In this document: piece after piece, positions 40,701-55,700 of the stretch
Layout of the letters: each line of letters opens with the position of its first letter
How positions within the stretch are numbered: position 1 is the first letter of the stretch
Source of the DNA: Oopsacas minuta
Lineage: Eukaryota; Animalia; Porifera
Direction: 5' to 3'
DNA length: 64,000 nucleotides
NCBI GenBank assembly: GCA_024704765.1
Contig: JAKMXF010000295.1
Coordinates: 434,001-498,000, forward strand
The notes under the pieces: generated by a model
What the model was told of the DNA's origin: nothing
Databases searched by the model: none
What the model saw: only the letters and a program-made list of their open reading frames with translations
Position numbers and translations under genes: made by a program

Positions 40701-43700
40701 TCTAATAATTTTTTTAGAACATATAACCGCAAAATTCAGATGTTTTTAGTAAACAATTTGTATTCTAGAGATGATATTTTCGAATTTATTCTTTTGACCA
40801 TATTTTCCAATAGTTACGACTAATCCATAAAGGTGATAGTTACGTCAAAATTTCCTTTTCTTTCAAAACTCTAACTTTTCTTAAGCCTTGGGTTCTTCAA
40901 TTTTCTTCAATCATTCAAGGACATACGGGCATATATTTATCCTAACACTCTTCGCTTGCTACTTTGCTGGCGACTGCAGTATGGTTGGCACTTTACTTCG
41001 GATTTACATGAATTATGAAAGAGCTAAATTCTTATAATGCTTTTGGTCGCTACGCAACAGCTTTTGCTAATACTACGTATATTTTGGCTATTGATCTAAG
41101 CACTTCCTGGCTTATCATTAATGTTTTCACATTATTTTTGAATTTTGAAGATTTGTTCGTTTTGGTGCAGTCATGAAGACCTAATAATCAAATAATGAGT
41201 TTGAATAATTGTCAAAATTGTGGAGTCTGGATTTTTGCATCTTGAGGGTAGCTGTGATAAATTTGTCAACTTTAATCGACCTAGATAGTTTATTTATGCA
41301 CTGTTTTGCCAATTAGTCCTGGACAGCTTCCTAAGCTTGTTGATTTTTGTGACAGACTACTGCACATTGTCAGTATTAATTGCAATTACAATGCACCCTC
41401 GCTAATCCTAATATCCCTGTTCCAATTGAACAATACTTCGTCGGATTAGTGAAATTCATTGAAACAATATTTTAAATCTAGGGCGGTATCCAAAGTTATC
41501 CCAACGATGAAAATGCCAATTGTATTTTCTATTTGTCGCATTATAATTGGAAAGATTTGTGTATTATTGAATATTTTAGGAAATTTTCAATGTTTTATGG
41601 CTTTTATGACCTTCGGATTAGCGAGGATTGATATCTTCGAATTCGTGAGGGTTGACAGTAGTTGCAAATTTTCCTCTGATTCTTATTTTATTATACGTAT
41701 TATACGTTCAATCTTAATTTTTGGTGACGTAATTTCTATTAGGCTGACTTCTGCTATAATTATTTTGCATCAAGACAGTAGTTCTTGAATTATTATTGAA
41801 AAATCTCAGTATAGTTGACCAATTCAATCATACTTGATAATACTGTGACTTAAACAAGTCTAACAATTTCAAAATCTGATACTTCGAATTTAATCTAGAC
41901 GTAAAATACGTTCAAATAGATCACGTATAACGTATTACACGTTCTACGCGTATTACAGAACTTAGCTTCGAATTGAAGGAGTTATATCAATTTGGATATA
42001 TTCCAAAAAAGGTCAAAATGTTCCAAGTTAAAATGTATGTGGCCCGTTATACGGGTTGAACTATCGTTGAATAGCCTAGAACAAATGATGATTCCAATCC
42101 ATACCCTAGCTTAAGTTGCCGGACTAAATCAATGGCTAACACGATAAAAGCACTTCGATTCAGCTCAAAATTATGTAATGAGTTATCATAGGATTAATAA
42201 CGTTAGTTTTGCTGTACCAAAGGCTAGACAGTAATTTGTGGATAACTCTTACAAATGTTACCTAATTATTATCATTCCGATATATTGTAATTTAAAATTT
42301 ACGCAATAACTATCAAAGTTATTATATCAATATTAGGGTATGGAAAGTCCTATGGCTGTAAAATTTCAATTGCCTTACTTATATGCCCGCCGCTGTCGGC
42401 TGACTTATATTTACGCTGCCCGACATTTACGACTAGAATTCTAATAATTAAAATACAGCGAGACATCTTAATACGAACACGGTTAATACAATTTCTGGAT
42501 TAAACATACTAATATTTTCACATCATCAGGTCCCTTAATTAGGTATTCAATTAATATTGCTCGGGTTAATTCCAACTCCGGATAAGGCGAACATAATTTG
42601 ATCGTCTGTCGGTTTCGTATTAAAGAGGTTCCACTGTAGACAAGTATTATATATATCTAATCATGGACTATACCTAATCAATATGCTACATACTAAGTGA
42701 GTATGGTACTTCACAGTTCAATTGTGGAAACCCTTTTTTGCTTTCATCTTGGTAAATGTACGCTTCAGTTTATTTGGTTGACGTCCTTTACTTATGGTAT
42801 ATCTAGGATCCTATATCTTTTTATAAGGATGTTGTTTCACTAGTGAAACTTCGGAATGACCAACAGGTAGGAGTTTGTAGATATCAGCTAATTTCTCTTT
42901 CACAAGAAAATATTTACTTTGTGATATACGCGATGAATTTCAACTCTGCTGTCAGGATTGCATACCTCTTAACCTTCGTAAGTGCCGGAATAGCTTCCAG
43001 AGTTTCATTGTCTTGACTGTAGTTGTCTTTACATATAAATTTATATTGGATATATTCATTATCTATGCGACTCTGAACCTAAAGAAATATCCAACATATC
43101 ATATTGAGAATTTGTGAGAATACGTGAATTGTTGTTTTTGAAATAGGGAAAGTAGAACCTTAGCTGAGTTTATATGCATTGAAAAAATATTTGTCAGGGA
43201 CTTCCATAGTCGGCAATTTCATGTATTGAAAAATGTTATAACAATGTATATAATCTTCCATCCTTTTTGTTATACAGGTTTTGTGAAGAAAATCAAATTG
43301 AGATTAATCTATTCAAAATGTATTCCGAATTCATTACAATTGAATTCTACGTTAAAATAACATAGTTTGGGACTTATTTTATATGGACCATATTTTTCCA
43401 AAGATAATATTAGTGACACTGTGCTTGATGAATGAAACAGGCAGTTGCAGATTGTCACTATTGCTGTATATTTTGATCTTCTTGACACTATTTTAAATAC
43501 TCTCGAGTCAATTGAGATTAATGTTTCTGAATCTTCCTTATCACACGCAAATTTATTTCGATTGCCTATAATGAATTCGATAGATACAATTGATCGTTCG
43601 CAAATCCTTTATACTTGTTTTTGTACATTATAGTTGACAATATTATTGCTATCAGCGTCCCATTTGCCCATTTGTAAACAGTGTCAGGTAGTTTCAATTT

Positions 43701-46700
43701 CTGTATTATCACTATCGAGAACAGACAGGGGAAACATATACACATGCACACATGGACAACTTTTGAGTTCAATGGCAATGATAGAGAAAAGAGGAATATG
43801 CAAACAGATGTGATATCTGAGTACTCGCCCACAGATCTTGTATGGTTGTTTTTATGAGTTAACAATCAAATAGTGTTGAAATTTAAATGATGTTTAATCT
43901 AGGCATAGACTCATTTAGAACTTTGGGTTGACTGAGCAACACAAGATATTCCCAGGAGCATCATGCCGCCCACTGTTCAAGTTTTTCGTAGATATAATGT
44001 TGGAATAAATCAACAGAATGGTGGACTTTTTCACTGATCATTTCTTGCTTGGGTGTAACTTGTCCTATTAATTATTCCACTTTTTTTCAAATTTCTAACG
44101 ATACTTATATTCTTGTTTCTTGTCAATGCTACACAAACTTTGCATGATGTTTCCAAATTTGTGTACATTTTCACCTCGCCCACTAATAAGGGGTTTACAT
44201 TCGATATTGCATTTTCACTATATTGAAGGTGCAGAGGTGTTGTGCAATGCAAGGACATAGTGTTAATAACAGGAGCCATCGCATGGTCACAATCTCTAAC
44301 TATAAGTTTTGTGATTGTTTAAATGCATTCACTAGAAATTTACTATAAGATTAAGCTAAAATTTGAGTTTTCCCATTATTTATTTTCAAGCGTAATATAG
44401 GTAGAGGATTTGACCGCCTTGGTTAGTTCTATTGCTTGCATCAAATATTGGTGGATTGTATCAAGATTCTGGGCCATCTTTCAAGGCTATCAGTTATTGT
44501 CTAGAAAGTTTTACTCAGGGGACCATCCTCAACTGTTTGTATCTCATGACATAAGCCTTTCCCGGTTTGTCTCTCTTGAGATAGTCTTTAAAATTCGTAG
44601 CATCCAAACTTTTCTCCTCAATACAGTTGAAATCGATTATGTACATCTTGATAAGTACATGTAGATATAATAGGAATCTTCTTATCATGACCTTTAAAGA
44701 TAAGCAACTAGTTAATTTTAGTTGCTGAGAGGCCAGCACGCATAACTTTTAATCTAAGTTTGATGAATTCCAAAGAACTCTAGAGTGTGAGTGTGGCTTC
44801 AAATAGACTAACACATAGCATTCTATACAGTAAAACAATGGCACTTTATTAAAATTCTGGACCATGTATGGCAATTACTCTGAACCAATATTTCAAATAC
44901 TTATTATATTGTCTTTCAACGCTATCCTAAAGTGCTCTGATGTAACATTTGTTATATTTAATGATTTAGGACAACCCAACCTGATTGTCATTATGACACT
45001 TCAATAGTAGAAAACCAATTCATAATAAACAACACATTACTATTTAAGTATATATTTGTAATCCAAAATACATTCCAAATATTTCGTTTATTTGACTCTT
45101 CATTTTCACTCTCTCCACTCGTTAGGCAGACTTGCAGAAATAGTTGAATTATCTAAAACAAGATAAAGAAAAATTGGCATATATTTAGCTTAGTTTTATC
45201 TCTTTTTAAGACCTTATCATTATATTTCGAACCCTCTTTCGACAGGATGAAAGTAGCAGTTCAACCATAAACTATCCAAAAATACATCTATGTTTTATAT
45301 GGCTTCTATTTTAATACTTTGCCGTCATCCTAAAAATTCTAATATGAGAGCTTTCAATTTAAGCGTGATCCATGATAATATACACAATACAATACATGAA
45401 AATATTCTTGCAACTGTAAACAACACTAATTAAGCAAGAAGTGAATTAACTATAATATTTTGTTCATTTTGTGAGTATTGTGAATATCGGTTAAGTTTGC
45501 AGATATGATTCAATTCTCAACAAGGTTTGCATGCAACAAAACACAGAAATGAATACGATTCATTTGCTATGGCAAAGAAGATTAATGAAGATATCTCTTG
45601 TTTCATTGTGGAAGAATTCTTACGAGCCAGATGCTCACAATATCCACGAATCAGTTTGTTACATGATTCTACAGCTTCTTCAGAATACTCTTTCATTAAC
45701 TATAGTGCATTCTCGGATTAACTCAGCGCTATGAGCTGACAACTTATGAAAAGTAGATGAAATATATGCCCAAGATTACTTGGGAACTAAATACTTGTAG
45801 GTTTCCCTGCAGATAACTTATAAAGTCAAACGTAATATCACGGAGAGATTGTTCTGAATCTTTTAGAGTGGCTCATTGTTCATATTGCCATGTTATAAAG
45901 CATTCTGAAAGCAATGGGTATATAATCTAAACAATCTAAGAATTTCTAAGATTATCTCTACTTCTACCTATTATCCCACTGTGTGATATAAGACCATGCT
46001 AAGCACAAATCCCTCAATATATTCCAATTCCAGACGCCACTGAAACGTCCATATTTCCAGATATCACTGTATCTATATTCAATACTGCTCATAGAAATAC
46101 ATACCTTCAAGGTACTGGATGATTCAGAATAGAATCTCAGCTTAGAGACCGATAATTTGGACAAATGTTTTATATAAGATATTCTCACATTTCACCACAA
46201 ACCCGAGGAGGATATTTAAGAGAACCCCACTAACTCAGTATTTTTTAAGTTATGCTTCGGTTCTTCCTAGGCGCATCGAAATCCAGCTATGGGGGCATTC
46301 AGTTTGGCAATTATCACAGCAACTATCACTTTCAGCAAATTTGGATTTAGACAGTTTCTGGTACTGATTTTCGATTAAGACGCAGTACAATGTCTAGAAA
46401 TACTTTATACTACTAATTAGTGTTGATCCTTAAAATTCCGAATCTCGATTTTCCGACTCCTCGGTTATCCGAACAGCAGGAAGACACATAAAATATTGTC
46501 TAACTGTAACCGACTACCGAAGAAGTGTTACGTTCATAATCAAATGTAACATGAAAATTTTACCACTTCGTTTCAACCAATTCCCGCATCCTAATCGAGA
46601 TTTTGGTACCTTTTGGACATCGTAAAATCACAGATTTTCCTGGCAGTATTCTATAAATCTTAGAATGGAGTCAGACTAGTTTTTTGAACTATATGATAAT

Positions 46701-49700
46701 TTTAGGTACATATTAATAGAATCGTCCTGTGAAATATTCAAATTACCAAATCAATAATCTGGTTTATCCCCGAGCACTGAATTCCATTTTTATCAAATTT
46801 GACTATTTTGTTTACCGAACAAATTCACTTATTCAAACACCAAAAGTGCATAGCGAAGGTAATTGAATAATCGTTGTATTTACATTTCAAATTATTCATA
46901 TGGTACTGGTAGCCGCCTTTCTCTGTTGGTTGTGTGACTAGGGTTGTTACGCCATGCAAATGTTCTAAAGCTAGTAAAGGTCTGTTCTGTCACTTTTTCT
47001 GATGTAAATGGCAGATTAACCTAGCAATACAACCAAGGGACAACGTCACTCAATAAAGTTAAACTAAAGTCCGGCGTGTAAATTGGAGCTGAATATTTAC
47101 CCTTAATTCTTTTTTTCTGACCCAGTGTATATTTACTATATCTACACTTTGTGGATTAGCTCAAGAAATTCTACAGTTTTATTCTTGTATAAAGTGTTAT
47201 TTTCTATTTTCCAAACTAAGACCAGCAGATTCTGTCTCATGGTTTATTTTTCAATCCGAAACTAAACTAATATTTTGTCGTTCGAACCTACATGCTCGAC
47301 GAGCCCTCCCTGTTAATTTTGGAGCATGTTTCAAGGCATACATTTATCAGATTTACACAAATTACTGATATCTTCAAATCGTGTATATCCAATGCTGGCT
47401 CGATAAATTGAGAAAAATATTTATTTGTCATGTCACATATATTTCGTTGTGCTGCTTTACTGGCGATCATCGAATTTGGAAATAATGAAATAATTTCAAA
47501 AAATCTTTCAGATTTCCTGATGGATTTGATGATGTTGAATAGTATTAAAAACAAAATTAATATTCTGGAACTGAACATTGAGTGGTAAGTTATCTGTACA
47601 TACTGCTTCAACAAATATGCCACAGTCTTCAATATCACAAATAATTGATTTAACAATTGGATGTACTGTTTCTGTAGAAGAAACACTCAAAGGTATTAAC
47701 CTTGTTAATATATTACAAATTTCCAGTGAAAAAAGACAGTCATGCGTGGATCATCAGGATTTTTAATCGATGCTATTACCCTTCTTCCCTTATTAGCTCA
47801 TTCCTACGAAAGTAGACTTGATCCATTTGAAGTAAGATATGACGTTAAATAATTAAATGTTGAAGCATCCTCCCTAGAATTTAGTATATTCGGTCTCCAA
47901 TTCAATAATCTTTTTACTCTTCAATAATTTACGTTCGTGCGGAAGAATAATACAGTTAGAGCTCTGAATAAGACAATTACAAGGTGCTGATATTCCATGG
48001 ATTAATATGAGACCTAAATAAGAATTCTATACCTGAAAGCATGTTTCTCAGTATATGTATTTCAGCTGATCAAGCAAAAATATAAACTCAGTATCATGTA
48101 ATAATTTTCTGTTTCGATATCAGTTCCTGAATAAGTGGGATTTAAAGTTGTATCAATAGCATTTGTTATAATATTACTGGCGTTATTCACGTAGGGAATC
48201 ATATGGGTGGCTGAAGATAATCAGTTCTCATACTTGTTCATTTCAAATAATTCGCCTTCATGAATGATGTTTTCTAAAGACTTAGCATTGTTAATTGATT
48301 GGCACGATATGGAATTTTATTTGTTTCTCGATAAAAGTCCTTACATCTTATCAACTTATGCTTACTTCAATATTAATAGAAGGATCGATTGTTGAAATTT
48401 CAATATATAATCATATCTTTGGAAAAGCATGATGGTAGAATTGAGACGAAAAATACCCTAGTAATAAGGAACTTACTCTAATTGATGGTAGAAATAATCA
48501 ACTTTTATAATATTAGAGATCAAACTGGGGTTGTTAAATTTAACCCTTGACGGAATATATCTATTAATAGTATATTCACATACTATATTGTTGTGATTAC
48601 ATCAGTGGATCTATTTCCAGAACCTGAGGTTGAAATAATACATTTTTAGCATTGTAGGCTGAGAATTCTGATAATTTCATTCATATATCAATTATGTGAA
48701 TATCCCAGAAAATTAAGTTTATCATTGTCCTCAAATTTTTCTAAATAAATATGAAGTACATGAATATATCATAATTACTTATTTAATCATGAAATACTAT
48801 AAATTCATGGAGATAGTGTTTCGAATGATCTCAGGGTAATTGCCATCCATGATCCAAAATTTTAAGTATCATTGCCTTAACCGAATACTGACGTTATGAT
48901 GTATCATTTTATAACTTGGGCTGAAATCTCGATTTTGGGTGCAGGAATTGGTTAAAACGAAGTGGTAAATTAATATTTTCCTTTTGTTACGAACTTAACA
49001 CTTCGGCCGTAGTCGTTTAATATATGGCAGTGTTCTGCATCCCCTATTTACTTGCCGCATGTGTTCGGAATTCTGAATCTTGCGGCGGGAATATATCTTA
49101 AAAGACAAAAGGTATTATACAGTTTACATAATACGATTTTGCATTAGATTTCCTTGTAGTCTTTCATTTCAATTAATTCTTTAATCACTAATCAGATCCT
49201 ATTTAATATCTATGCAGCATTCATATCCAGCCTACATTCATGCCATCTTCGTTAATCAAATCCCAGGATAGATTTTGCATGTTCATGCCCCAAAATTTAG
49301 CTCGCTCGCTCGCTCGTAATGTTAACAGGTGATATATTCTTTTACTATAGCCTGCTTCACATAAGGCCTCATAACTGATTATGGATATTGAACCAGGGCT
49401 ACACGACACGACCGAAGTGAAATGTAACGAATATGTCGCCATGCTTTAATCATCATTACTTTGTATAATATAGTATTACATGAATATTTCGTAGTTTACA
49501 TGCATTGTCATACTTTATACATTTTCACTTTAAAATACATTATAATAGTAGCAAACATAGGTGTTAATTTCACATTATGATCAACAAACGAGGCATAACT
49601 CGACATATATTCATTGTATATACATGAATTAATCCATGCGAGGTAGAAGCATTTGATTAATTCGACACAAAGATGACTTATGTGCAATATAGCGCTAATC

Positions 49701-52700
49701 GAGGAACCAAAATACCGACTTTGAGTTTCAAACAAGATCATAAATGTATTCTAACTGGGATACTTCATAGCCTACTAAAGAGAAAGTTATTTATTTCCGT
49801 AATTGGCAAAAGTATTTGATAAACCACTCTATCTTTGAAATCATGATGAACTATTCACCTATGTTCTAATTGTTGAAATACCAAATGATCTAAAATCGTC
49901 TCTGTACAAATACTAGAATTTTTTCATGATAAAGTTCGCACGTTTCTCAGTTATCACACAGTCCATGGATGTCACATCTTTTGCCATTATCCACTTATAA
50001 CTCGATAATCGTGGAAATGATGGTCAAATCAGGATAGTCATTTTATAGCATACACCCACTTTCCTATACCCTTGTATATCATTTTGATATGATATCTCTC
50101 AAGATTATTCGCAATCTCAAACATGGCCATATACAGTATAGGCATATTGATGATTACGTCATATTGGTATAGTGTGCGAAATATGACCATTATCAGGTGG
50201 TATCCCCATGTTCTTAATACATTATTATACATGAGATTTCATCTATGCACACTTAGGGTGCTGGCTACCTGAATCTAGATTAAGCCTGCGGACCTAGTAT
50301 CTTGATGCTGCCATCAGTAGATATTCCGATATATTTTGATATTCTCGTAGTTCTAACTTACATAATACTCATAATTGCAATACTTTCAGTGTTCAAGGCA
50401 GGGTTCCCCATTTCACTTCCCTGACTTATAGCCTCCTTATGGCCCGAACATACCAAAGGTAAGATACCCATACAGTGGCGTTGCCAGGTAATTGTTTACG
50501 ATGCTGCGCAGGTGGTGCCCTATGTTGCGAGCAGTGGTGAAGCAGTCTGAAACCATTCAGAGATTAAATATAATGAATTGCCGGTACAATTTTACTATTT
50601 TCATCCTACTTGGTGCAATCAAAAAGTCCCCACCCTTAGTTTATAGCAGCCAAACTCTACTGGATTACAAGAAATACATAGTATATCCTAATAGTCCTAT
50701 CAATTACCAATTTAATGCTGTTGAACAATTCCCTCTAGCTAATATATATATCTTGATCTATCCTAGTTTCAATTTACCTATTTTCGAGAGTAAACTTTTT
50801 CATGGCTTCAAAACACATATTAAGCAAAACAGAGCAACTAGCTTACATAAAGATTCGACCGTACTCGGGGACAAAGCACTCGAAGATGCCCTTCGGACAG
50901 GAAGACCAATTTCCTCTACCACCCTTGAAATTGCCTCTGAAATTCTGGAACTTTTGGATATTGACCCACATTTGAGCCTTGAAGAGATCTCATCGGGAAG
51001 TGTTCATACAATTCCACACGATTTCTCGAATATCGAAAGATTTCAGGGCGATGGATACTAAATCTTCACAAAGGGGTAAAAATGGAAGAGGGTTTCATGC
51101 ACAAAAAATTTCTTAAAGAATAGTGAGATTGTAAATCTCGAAGGTTATATGAATTCGTTTCTCGTGACGAAACTTCGATTGTATATTCTGAGCCTCTGCG
51201 TAAGGAACAAAGCAAATCGTGGCTCCCAAAGGTTCTTATCCCCCGAAAAGGCACATCCGGACTTCCGAGACGATAAGGTTCAGAATATTTTTTTGATGCT
51301 TATGGGCCAGTGGCTCAACTACCTGTCCCTAAAGGAGAACGACTCAATGGAGATTTTTTTGTTCATATATGCCTGAGGGAAGTCGAGAAAGTCTATAAAA
51401 CATGACATTCGCGTACAGGAACTCGAGGATTCTGACTTCTCCACGATAATGCCAGACCTCATGTTTCAAAATAAGTTACGGAAGTCATTGAGGATATCGG
51501 GTTTGAAACGATGGAACATCCTCCGTATTCCTCAGATCTATCATTTTGTAATTTCTGGCTCTTTCCTGAGCTGGAAAACTTCTCGGAGGAAGGCTAATTC
51601 ATACCCGACAAGAGCTGGGAAACGGGGTTTACAAATACTTCATTTCAGTGGACAGAGACGAGTATAAGATCATTTTCGAAGTGGGTTGAAATGCTACAAC
51701 TATGCATAGATGTAGATGCCGAGTATTTCGAACATTTTATGTAGAATATTGATTAGTAAGTTGTTATCGTGCCATGGTATTAACAAGGATGAGAATAAAT
51801 GCCTTAAATACATTCATCTGAAAAAGTGCAAATGATGCGCATCACGCGATGTTTTGTGCAGGATTTCTTGGTTGTGCGCCGCACGATATCGCACCTTCTT
51901 CAGCTTTCGGTCTCTTTCGAGGAGCTTTTCAACTTAACCATCTCCATTGGTTATTCAATATGTATCCTCAATGTATCCCTCCCGTCAATGTTTGGAACAC
52001 ACGAACTATCTTGGGATCAGCCACATCTCCCGGTGAAGAGGCCGAAACAAAGAGTTTCATAGTTAATCCGGCTTGAATTGCATTGAAAATACCGGCCATT
52101 GTTTCTCATTGTCATAGACCTAGGCACAACAGCTACTGGACATTGTATATATAGAAATACATGTTTATGGCTAGCTCACAAAAATTTCAAAACAGATATA
52201 TATTTCATGGAAATATTTACCACTTATGGGTTCTTACAGACTTATGTAAACATACAATTCCCAATTATGTGTCAATGACGACAGATTATAAAGTTTAAGA
52301 TCAATCCGATAACTCCGTAAATATTATCAAAAACACTAAATTTACTCTATAATATGTTATTTTACACTTCAATTATGAATATTCCCATATTAATTAACAT
52401 TTACATCCCTTCACGTCGTGCATCCTGGTAATATAACCATAATCAATTGTGAAGCCATATATATACAGGGTGCGTTTTCAGTCCTGTCCCATAACATAAT
52501 GATGTTATTTTTTCTACTAAATAATTATTCTTGTCATATTTTGATATTCATGTTTCTTTATCGTCTAGCTGTTTTTTCTGCTTTCTCATAATACATTATT
52601 GTTGAAGTTTTTTTCATTTTCGCTCGATGGAACTGGAAAGGTCAGCTATTATTGAATTATTCAAGATGAGAAGATTCGGAAAGAAATTTTTGATGCTCCT

Positions 52701-55700
52701 AAATTTACCTGATAGTATGCGAAAGTTCGTCTACCGTACTATTCGTAGATACGATGAAACTGGATGTGTTGTATACAGGGCGAGAAGTGGTTGGCCACGT
52801 TCAGCGATAACTCCAGCACTCCGAAAGGTTATCAGTGAATGCATTCGTAAGAATCCCCAATGTTCGATGTGAAGAATGGCTAAGGATCTTAAAGTCTTTG
52901 ATTCTGCGGTCCGGCAAGTTGTTAAAATCGTCTTTGGAATGCATTCATTCAAAGAAGGAAAGTTCACTTCCTAATAACTGAACAAGTAAATGCAAAGGGG
53001 CTAGAGAGATGCAAGGAACGACAGGATCATATCACACAAGCCTTCTGTTATTGATCCAGCACTAAAGTACATTCCTCGAGTCCAAATGCCACTCTGAGTA
53101 ATGGTTTGGGGCGGAATATCGGCTGTGGGTCGGACGTCTCTGATATTTGTTCCGTCAGGGGTGAAAATTAACTCCACGACATACTTTAGCCTAATTTAGA
53201 GCCCGTATTGAAGAACCTTAGTGGAAACATTGGGCACCAGCCCACACATCAAATGTAACTCAAAGCTGGCTCTATAAGAATGTTCCACGATTTATTCAGA
53301 AAGAACAATGGCCACCCTATAGCCCAGACCTCAACCCAATAACTATTCCATATGGTCTATTCTGGAATCTAGAGTTTGCACTAATTCTCACAAAGTGTCG
53401 AGGCTTTAAAGCGAAAGTTGAGAGAGGAATGGGAGAAGATACCACAAGAGGTACTATGTGCTGCTTTAGAGGCACTACCTGATAGATTTCAGAAGTTATT
53501 CAAAACAAAGGAGGATATATTGAGTAACTTGCGTGTGTATATGAAGATATTGTCTTTCAAATCAGTAGTACAAGTTTTAGAAATATAGCAAGTGTTTTGT
53601 TGAAGGTAGAGATATTTAGCTATGGGACAGGACGTAAAACGCACCTTGTAGTAGGCAATGATTATCCAAGGATTCTGAGAATAATTGCTAAAAATATTGA
53701 AGTTTCTCTTCCTCAACAAATACAAATATCTATGTAATACAGGTCTATCTAACATTCTCCCATTAGAGCAGTGGTCCTCAAACCTTTACATTAAGTTTTT
53801 GTCCCGGTTCCTCGTACTTGATTTTTTCACGCAGGGACCCTAAACACAATGAAAGTTCTGCCTTTCCCTTATCCTGCCCTGAAGTAATAATATGAACAAC
53901 TAATCTAGAAACAATTAATATCCTGAAATATGTACATTCATTGGATACATTTTGAAATACATTATGTAAGAAATTGTCAAAGCAGAAACGTTAGTGTTAT
54001 TTAGGTCAATTTTTGATGGCAAGATGTCTGGAATCTCAAGTGGAGCTGGAGGGCCAAATTTCCAACTCTGCACTGCAACGAGAAATCAGTTGAAGCTATA
54101 GATCTAGTTAAATCTGTTTCGGAATAAAACTGAACCATTGATGATGCCAAACAAATCTTTCTAGATGTAGATCAAGAAGAGTATCTCAAATTAAACTCTA
54201 AAATGAGGTTTAGCCTGACACATACACCGGCTTCTGACAAGAATATCTTATCTACATCCCCTCTTCATAGTTATTTATGTGTCTTTCGCTGGCTTATGCT
54301 ATTGATTAATCATTTAGATGGCGGAATGAAGGAATGGCTGCCTTTGCATCATCAAGTTCAATCTTCGATGCATCGAATGCGTAATCTCTTGCTTGAGAAG
54401 ATTGGATAATAAACAGATTATCCATCCAGTGCTGGTGGTACCACTACCACTGGTAATATAGCAAGAAAATATTTTCTCAGTAAAAATTTTACTACTTGTG
54501 CTACATCCACGATGATTGAGGAAGACCGACTTGTTCTTAGCACTATTCACACAAACCTCTCAGTAGCATTGCGGTGTATAATTCTCAAAAAAGGATAGAC
54601 ACTGATAAACTCTCAACTCTTTGCCAAGATACTGACGATGAAAAACTTTGTAAATTTCCTTAGGCGAACATAACACTGTCCCTTCATAAATTACTTCATA
54701 ATCTTCAGGATTAATCAGTGATTTCAATGGTTGTTTCGAATTGAAGACTTTATTTGAAGAATACTTGGAATCAGTAAACAAACATGTAAGAAGATATAAG
54801 GAGAAATTTGCTTGTGAATTTTCTTTTGAAAACAATGTAAGTAACACTTTCGTCAGACTCTTGAGTCAGAGTCACCCTATCCTTGCTCTATATCGCAACT
54901 TATCAGATGTTCACAATGAATAAATCAACAATCTGAATAAGATATAATCTGGAGACGTTAATACTTAACTGAAGCTCTTTATATAATGAATCAATTAGTA
55001 ATTTATCTTATATCAGCATACCTAGTAATATAGTAACATAATATACATAATTCAATACTTATCACTTAAAAATTATGAAAATAAAATTTGATCATGTATG
55101 GTATGAAGGTGGTATGACGGCATTCCAGAAAAATTCGAAACCATATATAAATCTGACTGGTTTGATCGACTAGTTTGGGTCGATAACCCATAAGTAAATG
55201 ATACATTATACAGAGCTAGCACACATCTAAATACCTAATCCGCCAATTTGTCATTTTGAGCCACTGTGAGGTTGGGAAATATATTGTTATCCAACAAAAT
55301 ATGTGAGTATTCCTCAAAACACTTAGCCATAGGCCAATAACACTCTTAATCCAGCCTGACAAGAATATAAACATTAATCGATAACGTATTTTGAATAATT
55401 TAATCATTCAAATATTCGATATGATGGATGTGTCAGTCTAGAGGATATTAATTCTTTTATTCTTTCTTAGGTCTGAGATTAGGCATACTTCTTATGACTT
55501 TCCAGTTTCCACGGACAGCGTACTTCTTAATTTGCTTGATTCAAGATGTAAATAAAGAGAAGTAGTGTCATAATATGTTTTCAATCCTAGTAATTTCCCA
55601 AGAATAATCTGTGATCAAATACAATAATATACATGTTGTGCCTTAGATCTGTCTTTGAGGCACTATGAAATGTAAGGTTTAACTCCATTACCCAGTACCT

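Noticed and set aside
40880-41790. Possible piggyBac-like transposase remnant on the minus strand, and + ORF 41459-41788
   Set aside because: Only weak motif resemblance and no clear TTAA-flanked termini. The + ORF has no recognisable domain.
43417-43423. Another CACTGTG heptamer
   Set aside because: No partner TIR, TSD or CAAAATG motif. A few chance heptamers are expected in 64 kb.
43100-46200. Short ORFs with faint hAT or zinc-finger-like words
   Set aside because: No consistent motif order or termini could be established by eye.
49780-50470. Possible Penelope-like RT remnant
   Set aside because: Only a weak G..MG.P resemblance and no YxDD motif.
55240-55268. True 12/23 RSS (heptamer-spacer-nonamer) at the Transib-like ends
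   Set aside because: No ACAAAAACC-like nonamer at 12 or 23 nt at any of the three heptamer ends. Only a partial ACAAA at spacer 10.
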